Shown piece by piece: positions 1 through 7,731 of a stretch of DNA of 64,000 bases; within the stretch, counting starts at the first letter, position 1, and each line of letters opens with the position of its first letter. The DNA lies in assembly GCA_963781585.1 (NCBI GenBank), contig CAWAGQ010000015.1:31474-95473 (forward strand). Direction: 5' to 3'. The notes below the pieces were generated by a model. The model worked only from the letters and a program-made list of their open reading frames with translations, was not told the origin of the DNA and did no database searches. The translations under genes were made by a program, and so were the position numbers. This DNA comes from an uncultured Gemmatimonadaceae bacterium. GTDB lineage: Bacteria; Gemmatimonadota; Gemmatimonadetes; Gemmatimonadales; Gemmatimonadaceae.

Positions 1-88
1 CGGGAGTTGCCGCCTCGATCGTGCCGGATGACGGAATCGCGGGTGAGTTCGCGTCGACGGAAGGAGTCACGGATGCGCCGGCTCTGGC

Positions 89-131
89 GGTAAGCGTTTG
101 CAACGTTACCGGGGCGTGACCGGGGTGTCAA
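89..131 (-). promoter_or_regulatory. Leftward sigma70-type promoter (TTGACA-N17-TAACGT) overlapped by LacI-like operator-type sequences
   Basis: Minus strand TTGACA at 131-126, 17-nt spacer, TAACGT at 108-103. GGTAAGCGTTTGCAACGTTACC (89-110) resembles LacI-family AAGCGTT/AACGTT cores and lies upstream of the sugar isomerase. Confidence 0.6.
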
Positions 132-206
132 CGCGACTCCCGGCGGACTTCCGCTCGTCCTTGCGCGCGCGCTACTGTGTAGACGAAACCCGTGTCCGAG
201 GTGCGC

Positions 207-1712
207 ATGGCCCTGCATCAACTGGTCTCCAACGCCGGCGGCAAGGCGTCGCCGTCCCGCCTCCCCTCGCCGGCGCCGGCCCGGCCGCCCGCGGTCGCGG
301 TGCGGCGCGCGATCGCGCTGATCGTGGGGAACCGCGGCTTCTTTCCCGGTCATCTGGTGCGGGACGGTCGGACCGACATGCTTCGCGTGCTCGCCGAGGA
401 GGGGCTCGACGTGGTCGCGCTCGGCGAACAGGACTCGCGTTACGGCGCGGTGGAGAGCCGCGACGAGGCGAAGGCGTGCGCGGCGCTCCTTCGCGAGCAC
501 CGCGATCGCATCGGCGGGATTCTCGTGACACTGCCCAACTTCGGCGACGAACGGGCGATCGCCGAGACGATCAGGCTGGCCGGCCTCGACGTCCCGGTCC
601 TGATCCACGCCACCGGGGATACCGCCGCCCGCATGACCATCGCCGATCGCCGCGACTCGTTCTGCGGAAAGATGTCGGTGTGCAACGTGCTCACGCAGTA
701 CGGCATCCCGTTCTCGCTCACCTCGCGGCACACGGTGGCGCCTGACGACGAACGGTTTCGGGGCGACCTGCGGCGATTCATGGCCGTGTGCCGGGTGGTG
801 AACGGTCTGCGCACGGCGCGTATCGGCGCGATCGGCGCGCGTCCGGCGGCGTTCAAGACGGTGCGCTACAGCGAGAAGATTCTCGAGGGCGCCGGGATCG
901 CAGTGGAGACCGTCGACCTCTCCGAGATCCTCGGCCGGATTCAGCGGCTGGCGGACGACGATCCCGCAACCACCGCCAAACTCGACGCGATGCGCGCCTA
1001 CGTCTCCACCGACGGCATTCCCGCGAGCGCGCTCACCAAGATGGCCAAACTCGGCGTGGTGCTCGACGGCTGGATGGCCGAAGCCGACGTCACGGTGACC
1101 GCCGTCCAGTGCTGGACCGCCATCGAGGAGTACTTCGGGGTGGTGCCCTGCACCCTCATGAGCATGATGAGCGACGAACTGGCGCCCAGTGCCTGCGAGG
1201 TGGACGTGTGCGGCACGCTCAGCATGTACGCGCTGGCACTCGCCTCCGAGACCCCCAGCGCGCTGCTCGACTGGAACAACAACTACGGCGACGATCCCGA
1301 CAAGGCGGTCTGCTTCCACTGCAGCAACCTGCCGAAACACTTCTTTGCCGATGTCCGCATGGACTACCAGGAGATCATCGCCGGCACGGTGGGACGGGAG
1401 AACACCTACGGCACCTGCGTGGGCCGGGTCCGCGCGTCGCCGATGAGTTTCGCCCGATTCTCCACCGATGACCGCACCGGCCGGATCCGCGGCTACGTGG
1501 GCGAGGGGCGATTCACCGACGATCCCCTGGAGACGTTCGGCGGTGCCGGCGTGGTGGAGATCGCTGCGCTGCAGTCGCTCCTTCGCTTCATCTGCACGAA
1601 CGGCTTCGAGCACCACGTGGCCGCGAATCTGTCGTCGGTGGCCGACGTGGTGCACGAAGCCACCACGCGGTACCTCGGGTGGGACGTGCATCGGCATCCG
1701 TCGCCGGCATGA
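207..1712 (+). CDS. L-fucose/L-arabinose isomerase family protein
   Basis: Motifs LPNFGDE, RRDSFCGKMS, AVQCW, CEVD, FHCSN, GFEHH. ATGA overlap with ribulokinase. Start at 207 (ATG) or 192 (GTG). Confidence 0.85.
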   Translation: MALHQLVSNAGGKASPSRLPSPAPARPPAVAVRRAIALIVGNRGFFPGHLVRDGRTDMLRVLAEEGLDVVALGEQDSRYGAVESRDEAKACAALLREHRDRIGGILVTLPNFGDERAIAETIRLAGLDVPVLIHATGDTAARMTIADRRDSFCGKMSVCNVLTQYGIPFSLTSRHTVAPDDERFRGDLRRFMAVCRVVNGLRTARIGAIGARPAAFKTVRYSEKILEGAGIAVETVDLSEILGRIQRLADDDPATTAKLDAMRAYVSTDGIPASALTKMAKLGVVLDGWMAEADVTVTAVQCWTAIEEYFGVVPCTLMSMMSDELAPSACEVDVCGTLSMYALALASETPSALLDWNNNYGDDPDKAVCFHCSNLPKHFFADVRMDYQEIIAGTVGRENTYGTCVGRVRASPMSFARFSTDDRTGRIRGYVGEGRFTDDPLETFGGAGVVEIAALQSLLRFICTNGFEHHVAANLSSVADVVHEATTRYLGWDVHRHPSPA

Positions 1713-3298
1713 CGATCGTCGCCGGCGTCGACTTCGGCACGCAGAGTGTGCGCGTGTCGATCGTCGAGCGGGAGACGGGCGTGATCGGGCACGGGGTCTC
1801 GGAGTATCCGGTCAACCGCAGTTCGTCGGATCCCGATTTCGCGACCCAGTCGCACCGCGCGCACATGGACGCGCTGGTGGACGCGATGACGATCGCCCTA
1901 GGTGAGGCGGGAGTGCAAGGCGGTGTGGTGCGGGCGCTGGCCCTCGACACCACCGGCTCGACGGTGATTCCGGTGGGTGAGGGGCTGGTGCCGCTCGACG
2001 ATTACTACCTCTGGTGCGATCATCGCGCGAAGAACGAAGCCGCGCGGATCACCGAGGTGGCGCATGAGGAACGGCTGCCGGCGATCGAGTGGTGCGGAGG
2101 CGTCTATTCGTCGGAGTGGGGGTTCGCCAAACTGCTCCACTGGCTGCGGCACAATCCGGCGAAGCGTGGGGCACTAGTCGCGGCGCTCGAGCACTGCGAC
2201 ATGGTGGCCGCGGTGCTGTGCGGGATCACCGATCCGGATGCCCTCCCCCGCAGCGTGTGCGCCATGGGGCACAAGTGGCTCTGGAGCGCCGAGCTGGGGG
2301 GCCTTCCGCCTAACGACTTTCTGCGCAGGGTGGACCCGCTGCTCAACGGCGCCGCCGCCTGGCTGCGCGGTCGCTACCGGACGTCGAATCATCTGGCCGG
2401 ACACCTCACGACGGACTGGGCGGCGAAGCTCGGTCTCGCCCCCGGGATTCCGATTCCGGTGGGCGCCTTCGACGCGCACTGGGACGCCGTCGGCGCCGGG
2501 ATCGCCGAGGGCGACGTGGTGAACGTGATCGGCAGCTCCACCTGCATCATGGCGATGGCGAGGCGGGCGGAATGCGTCCCGGGCGTGTGCGGGGTGGTGC
2601 GCGGCTCGATTCACCCGGAGTTCATTGGTGTGGAAGCGGGACTGTCGGGCTGCGGCTACGTGTTCGAGTCGATTGCCGGCCGGGCCGGCAGGCCGCTGGA
2701 GGCGATGACGCGCGAACTCGAGCCGTACCGTGCCGGCCAGACGGGACTCCTGCGCCTCGTCTGGGACAACGGCGATCGCACCGTGCTGGTGAACGCGAAC
2801 CTGGGCGGCGTGACGCTGGGATGGCACCTCAACCACACCGCCGTGGACGAGCTGTTCGCGGCGATCGAGGGGACCGCGTTCCACACGCGGATCGTCTTCG
2901 ACCGCATGGCGGAGCACGGCGTCCCGATTGCACGCGTCGTCCATGCGGGCGGCATACCGCAGAAGAACGAGACGCTGAATCGCGTTTACGCGAATGTCCT
3001 TGGCGTGCCGGTACTCATTCCCGAGCGGCCGATCACCAGCCTCGGGTCCGCCATCTTCGCGTTCATGGCGGCCGGAGCCTTCCCTTCTATAGAAGAGGCG
3101 CAGCGGGCGCTCTGTCCTCCCTACCGGATCGTGGCACCGGATGCCGCCGAGCACGAGCGATACGCCCCGCTGCTCGAGATGTACCGCTCGCTCTATTTTG
3201 CGTTGGGGAGTCCGCGATCCGAGCCGCTGGCGACAGGGAACGTGCTGCCGCTCCTCCGGACTATCGCCGCGGAGGCACGTCGCGTGCAGGGCGACTGA
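1709..3298 (+). CDS. araB: Ribulokinase (FGGY carbohydrate kinase)
   Basis: AGVDFGTQSVR N-terminus, DTTGST, WCDHRA, YSSEW, GAFDAH, WDNGDRT, IEGTAF, GGIPQKN motifs. Confidence 0.85.
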   Translation: MTIVAGVDFGTQSVRVSIVERETGVIGHGVSEYPVNRSSSDPDFATQSHRAHMDALVDAMTIALGEAGVQGGVVRALALDTTGSTVIPVGEGLVPLDDYYLWCDHRAKNEAARITEVAHEERLPAIEWCGGVYSSEWGFAKLLHWLRHNPAKRGALVAALEHCDMVAAVLCGITDPDALPRSVCAMGHKWLWSAELGGLPPNDFLRRVDPLLNGAAAWLRGRYRTSNHLAGHLTTDWAAKLGLAPGIPIPVGAFDAHWDAVGAGIAEGDVVNVIGSSTCIMAMARRAECVPGVCGVVRGSIHPEFIGVEAGLSGCGYVFESIAGRAGRPLEAMTRELEPYRAGQTGLLRLVWDNGDRTVLVNANLGGVTLGWHLNHTAVDELFAAIEGTAFHTRIVFDRMAEHGVPIARVVHAGGIPQKNETLNRVYANVLGVPVLIPERPITSLGSAIFAFMAAGAFPSIEEAQRALCPPYRIVAPDAAEHERYAPLLEMYRSLYFALGSPRSEPLATGNVLPLLRTIAAEARRVQGD

Positions 3299-3325
3299 TC
3301 CATTGCCGCCATCGCCGTCGTGCGC

Positions 3326-3598
3326 TCAGTACTCCGCGTACGCGTCGTCCTGATAGCAATAGAGCCATCGCTCACCCGGCTCCGATGAGCACGCGACCGG
3401 GTGCCCACTGACGCGCGAGTGCCGGCTGGCGTGGTGGTTGGGCGACTCGTCGCAGCAGAGGGTCGCCCCGCAGTCCTGGCAGGTGCGCAGGTGCACCCAC
3501 TCCGCGCCGATCTTCACGCACTCGTCGCACTGGTGCTTCTTCTCGTGCCTGACGGTCGCGATCGCGCCCAGGTGCGGGCACTCCGGATCTGAAATCAT
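3326..3598 (-). CDS. Small UBP-type zinc finger protein
   Basis: CPHL...CDEC...WVHLRTCQDCG...CCDESPNHHASRH...WLYCY pattern. Confidence 0.85.
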   Translation of the reverse strand: MISDPECPHLGAIATVRHEKKHQCDECVKIGAEWVHLRTCQDCGATLCCDESPNHHASRHSRVSGHPVACSSEPGERWLYCYQDDAYAEY

Positions 3599-4348
3599 CT
3601 AGTTCCCCGTCGGTCCAAATCGCTCGGTCCGGATCCGCGTTGCGTCGTGCCCGAGCTCGACAAGTCCGTTCGCCGCCGCCTCCACGAACGCGGTCGGACC
3701 GCAAATGTATGCCAGCGGCCGTTCCTCCGGAGGCCACGAGACATCACGCATCATATCCCGATCGATCCGTCGCCGGTATCCGGCCCACCGCTCCGGCCAC
3801 TCCCGCGTGAGTGTGAAGCGAATGTCCGCCTCATGGTGGGCAGCCAGACGAGCGAGCTCATCCCGATAAATGACCTGCGACAGCGATCGGGCCGAATAGA
3901 GCAGTCGCGCCGGAACCGTGCTTCGCACCGCCGCCCGGTGCCGCAGCATCGCGCGGAGCGGTACGATGCCGGAGCCGCCGGCCAGCAGGAGCAGCGGTCC
4001 GCCGAGCGGCTCGTGCCAGACGAAGTACCCACCGATCGGCCCGCGCAGCTCGAGCTCCCCACCCGGCTTGAGCACATCGAACAGATAGGGAGACACTTCT
4101 CCTTCCTCGAGGCGCTCCACGGTGAGCACGACCATCTCGTCCTCCGGCGCTGACGCGATCGAGTAGCTCCGCTCCGCCTGATATCCGTCCTCGGCCGTCA
4201 GGCGGACGTCCACATGCTGTCCCGCCAGGTGCCCGGGCCACTCCGGCATGTCGAGGACGAGGCTGCGCACGCGGCTGGTTTCATCGATCACATCGACGAC
4301 TTTCGCGACGTGCCAGTTCAATCGCCCTGGTAGCGCTGCTCCCGCCAC
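3599..4348 (-). CDS. Ferredoxin-NADP reductase-like FAD/NAD(P)H oxidoreductase
   Basis: RSYSIAS, GEVSPYL, RGPIG, AGGSGIVP, YICGP, C-terminal ERFG. GTG start at 4348 inferred. Confidence 0.9.
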   Translation of the reverse strand: MAGAALPGRLNWHVAKVVDVIDETSRVRSLVLDMPEWPGHLAGQHVDVRLTAEDGYQAERSYSIASAPEDEMVVLTVERLEEGEVSPYLFDVLKPGGELELRGPIGGYFVWHEPLGGPLLLLAGGSGIVPLRAMLRHRAAVRSTVPARLLYSARSLSQVIYRDELARLAAHHEADIRFTLTREWPERWAGYRRRIDRDMMRDVSWPPEERPLAYICGPTAFVEAAANGLVELGHDATRIRTERFGPTGN

Positions 4349-4926
4349 GGGTCTCCGTAGTTGTGGTAGCCGTTTACCTCCCAGAACCCGGGCGCGTCGT
4401 CCTCGCGCAGCTCGATGCCGCGCACCCATTTGGCGCTCTTCCAGAAATACAGGCGCGGGACGAGGAGCCGGGCAGGCCCTCCATGCTCGGGGTGCAGCGG
4501 CTGACCATCGTACTCGACCGCGATCCACGCCTTCCCGCCGCTGATCTCCGCGAGCGGGAGATTCGTGGTGTAGCCGCCGTCGCTCCAGGCGACGACAAAC
4601 CCGGCGTTCGCGTCAGGCACCGCCTGCGCCAGCAGCACATCGAGCGAGACCCCCGTCCACTGCGTGTCCAGCTTGGACCACTTGGTGACGCAGTGAATGT
4701 CGACGGTGAAGGACTCTCGAGGGAGCGCCATGAAATCGTCCCACGACCATGACCGCGGGTTCGCCACCGCGCCACGAATGGCAAAGCTCCACTTCTCGAG
4801 CGGCGTGCGCGGGGTAGGGCCCGCGGAAAGAACCGGAAAGTCGGTGGTGACGTACTGCCCCGGCGGTACGCGCGACGGATCGGCGGCCGTTCGTCTGCCG
4901 CGGAATCCGAAGGAGACGGGGGTCAT
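4318..4926 (-). CDS. Sulfite oxidase-like molybdopterin-binding oxidoreductase (no signal peptide)
   Basis: PPGQY, DIHCVTKWS (Mo-ligand Cys), YTTNLPL, EHGGPARL, YFWKSAKW, GFWE..GYH. Confidence 0.9.
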   Translation of the reverse strand: MTPVSFGFRGRRTAADPSRVPPGQYVTTDFPVLSAGPTPRTPLEKWSFAIRGAVANPRSWSWDDFMALPRESFTVDIHCVTKWSKLDTQWTGVSLDVLLAQAVPDANAGFVVAWSDGGYTTNLPLAEISGGKAWIAVEYDGQPLHPEHGGPARLLVPRLYFWKSAKWVRGIELREDDAPGFWEVNGYHNYGDPWREQRYQGD

Positions 4927-4936
4927 GGGGAGCTCC

Positions 4937-6565
4937 TCACTTGGACAGCGGCAGCACGCTGATCGGAAACGAGCCGGTGAGCACGTGCCCGTGTCGCTTG
5001 ACCTGGACCCAGATCGTGTACTCGCCGGGCTGCGGAAACGCGTACGGAAAATACAGGGTGTCGCTCATTGGTTCCGATGAGGGCATGACATGGGTCATGT
5101 CCATCGGCGCGCCCGGCGCCGCATGCATGAGCCGCGCCTGGGCCGCGAGCGAGATGGTCCCGATCGGGTGGAGGTGCACGAACACCTGGCCGTCATTCCT
5201 CACGACGGCGGCGTGCGCCGCCATACCCATGTAGGGCTCCAGCCCGGTCGCGTCGCCTGTCGGCGGCGAGACGGCGAACCGCAGGTCTGCCTCATCGTTC
5301 GCGTGCAGGGGGGCCTGCGGCCGCAGCCAGGTCATCGTGCTGCCGTCCGCCAGCGTGCTGCCGCGCGGGTCAGGACCGGTCGATCCCAATGCCCACGAAT
5401 CGTCGGGGTCCGGCGTCTGCTCCGGCGATCCGGGCACGGCACTGGTTGCTGGTTCAGGCAGATCGACCTCCGACGTCAGCGTTTCCGCGAAGCCGCTCGC
5501 GTGGAGGATATCGCCGAATGCCCAATAGCGACCTGGCGGAAGCGGCGGGAGCGTGACCGCGAACGTTACCGAATCCGCCGTCCTGGGGTGGATGTGTGCG
5601 AGCGCCGCGCGTCCGCCCGCCGCGATCAGATACAGGTGAACGAGCTTGCCGTGATCTTCGATCAGCTCGCTGGGCGGCCGCAGTCCGCGCGCCCGCAGCC
5701 AGACCTCATCGTTGCGATGGATCCACGCCGAGTCCTCGATCGACAGCAGCAGGCGCGACGCGCGCGGACCCGGATCGACGCGGGAGCTGGCCGTCATCGG
5801 GCGATACAGCGTGCGGGCGAAGGTCGCGTCGGCCGAACGCCACCACAGCGCGGACCCGGTCAGCGCCAGAGCGATCACGACCACCGCGCGTGCCATGGCG
5901 AAGCGGGCACGGCGCCGGCGCGGCAGATCGGGTTCTTCGCCGGGCGCGAGCACGCTCTCGCGCACCGCCGCCCCCACGATCGACACGACGCCTAACGCGA
6001 GAAAGAGGCCGGCCGCGATCAGCACGGCCGCAAGCGGCCGGCTGAACCCCAGCCGTCGCGACGCGACCGCCACCAGAGGTATCACCACCGAACCGGTCCC
6101 CTTCCCGCCGCGCACCCCCACGGTCACGCTATTGGAGCCGGCGCTCATCACCCACAGCCGGGTGCGATACCAGCCGGGACTGCCGGGGACCGGCGCCGCC
6201 ACGTCGGGCGGCGGCGCCCCACCGGTGGCGTCGAACTTGTTCGCGAACGCGGTGACCCGCTCCACCCCGGGCTCGTTCGCCCGCACATTCACGATTGCGA
6301 TGCCGGGCACCACCGCCGGCGTCTGGATGTGCACCAGCACATGGTACGGGCCCGCCGGCCCGTCGTACCACGCGTCGGGGCTGCCCACATGGGCCGAACA
6401 CACCAGCACTGTTGCGGTGAGCATGGCGACCCGCTTGACGAGCGCTGGAATGCCGCCGCGACGGACGTACGGCTCGTGCCGCGGTCCCGTCCCTGCGGGG
6501 TGCGCCACAGGCGCGGCCGGCGACGGCCAGGCCACGGACATCACCGCGACACGCACGCGTTTCAC
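4937..6565 (-). CDS. Exported two-TM His/Met-rich protein with predicted mature N-terminal His (PmoB-like topology); putative copper-binding subunit
   Basis: Signal-like AMLTATVLVCSA|HVGSP, a ~110-aa beta-rich domain, two hydrophobic helices, then two related domains (DHGKLVH...AHIHP and YMGMAAH...VHLHP). GTG at 6565 overlaps the upstream TGA; the start is uncertain. Confidence 0.7.
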   Translation of the reverse strand: MKRVRVAVMSVAWPSPAAPVAHPAGTGPRHEPYVRRGGIPALVKRVAMLTATVLVCSAHVGSPDAWYDGPAGPYHVLVHIQTPAVVPGIAIVNVRANEPGVERVTAFANKFDATGGAPPPDVAAPVPGSPGWYRTRLWVMSAGSNSVTVGVRGGKGTGSVVIPLVAVASRRLGFSRPLAAVLIAAGLFLALGVVSIVGAAVRESVLAPGEEPDLPRRRRARFAMARAVVVIALALTGSALWWRSADATFARTLYRPMTASSRVDPGPRASRLLLSIEDSAWIHRNDEVWLRARGLRPPSELIEDHGKLVHLYLIAAGGRAALAHIHPRTADSVTFAVTLPPLPPGRYWAFGDILHASGFAETLTSEVDLPEPATSAVPGSPEQTPDPDDSWALGSTGPDPRGSTLADGSTMTWLRPQAPLHANDEADLRFAVSPPTGDATGLEPYMGMAAHAAVVRNDGQVFVHLHPIGTISLAAQARLMHAAPGAPMDMTHVMPSSEPMSDTLYFPYAFPQPGEYTIWVQVKRHGHVLTGSFPISVLPLSK

Positions 6566-7731
6566 CGCTGCACCCGTCCCATGCCCGACCCGATCCACAA
6601 TCCCAGGCGCGACGTGACTACGGCTGTGACAATCGCGATCGCCAGCGTCCGCGCGAACGCGAGGGCGTTGGGCTCGGGCGTCCAGAACTGATACCGCCAG
6701 TCACCGAGCCGCACGTAGTAGTCCCAATGGTCCGCGCCGAAGACGAAATTGCGCGCGTGAGGCATGAGCAGGAACTCACCCCACCACCAATGCGCCGCGA
6801 GCATCAGGAGCACGAACGACACGCCGATCGTCACCGACAACACCCCGTCGCGCCCACGCAGCCGGCGCATCAGCAGATCGATCGCCAACGCCGGCACCAC
6901 CACCAGCAGCGGAAACGGGGGCGGCACCATGTGGGTGACCGGATTGTAGATCGGCGCCAGCTTGGGTGTGGCGGGAAAAAGCTGCAGCGTCCACATCATC
7001 ACGAGGACGATCGACATGTAGATCGTCGCCGTGGTCGTGGCCGGCCACCGCAGCCGCGATGGCCGGGAGGTGGCCGTGAGGATCAGCGGCATGCCGATCG
7101 CCGTGAGCCGGTAGAAGCGTCCGGCGTGCATGTCGTTCGGGAACGCCGCGTACTCCATCAGCACCGTCGCGTGCATGGTGAGCAGAATCCCCGCCGATGC
7201 CGCGTAGAGCATTCCGAGCCGTCGCTGGGTATCCGGTGTCGCCCGGTTCTGCCTGGCGAGGCACATCAGCATTGCGCCGATCTCGATGGCGATCATGCCC
7301 CAGGCGAGCACCATGTGTGGCGGGCTCATGATCTTCACGTCCAGGCCGTACGCGTCGTGCCACCAGTTGTCGAGCGGCGCGGACGTGATCATCATCAGCG
7401 TCCCCCAGATGCATAACCAGGCGCCGAGCGGACCGCGGAACCCCCAGAAACGCACCCCCCGTGTGTGGGCCGCGGGATCGCCGAACGTCATCCGCAACAC
7501 GAGTGTCCCACACGTTGCGCCCGCCACGATCGCGGCCAACTGCTCGAGCAGGTGGGCGGGGGTCCAGAATGTGTCGCGCCCGATGGTGCGGTGCCACGAA
7601 ATGTCCCAGATCAGCCCCACCACGATCGACACCGACGCGAACAGCACCGCGTAAAGGGGCCACATCCGCTCCGTGACCTGAGCTCGTGCGGCGCTCCGGA
7701 CCACTGGGGTCGCTTCGATGATCGTGCTCAC
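6562..7731 (-). CDS. Polytopic membrane protein, PmoC/AmoC-like N-half plus PmoA/AmoA-like C-half (candidate divergent CuMMO core)
   Basis: D43-x3-H47-x12-H60 (WDISWHRTIGRDTFWTPAHLLE) and D121-x3-H125-x13-H139 (DNWWHDAYGLDVKIMSPPH); RLRWPAT and FPLLVVVPALAID segments; many TM helices. Confidence 0.65.
   Translation of the reverse strand: MSTIIEATPVVRSAARAQVTERMWPLYAVLFASVSIVVGLIWDISWHRTIGRDTFWTPAHLLEQLAAIVAGATCGTLVLRMTFGDPAAHTRGVRFWGFRGPLGAWLCIWGTLMMITSAPLDNWWHDAYGLDVKIMSPPHMVLAWGMIAIEIGAMLMCLARQNRATPDTQRRLGMLYAASAGILLTMHATVLMEYAAFPNDMHAGRFYRLTAIGMPLILTATSRPSRLRWPATTTATIYMSIVLVMMWTLQLFPATPKLAPIYNPVTHMVPPPFPLLVVVPALAIDLLMRRLRGRDGVLSVTIGVSFVLLMLAAHWWWGEFLLMPHARNFVFGADHWDYYVRLGDWRYQFWTPEPNALAFARTLAIAIVTAVVTSRLGLWIGSGMGRVQR

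Noticed and set aside
4937..7731. Calling the pair pmoCAB/amoCAB, or the organism a methanotroph or nitrifier
   Set aside because: Similarity is motif-level and judged by eye, the canonical CuB H-x-H is absent from the first domain, and no downstream C1 or hydroxylamine genes are in the window; the substrate cannot be inferred.
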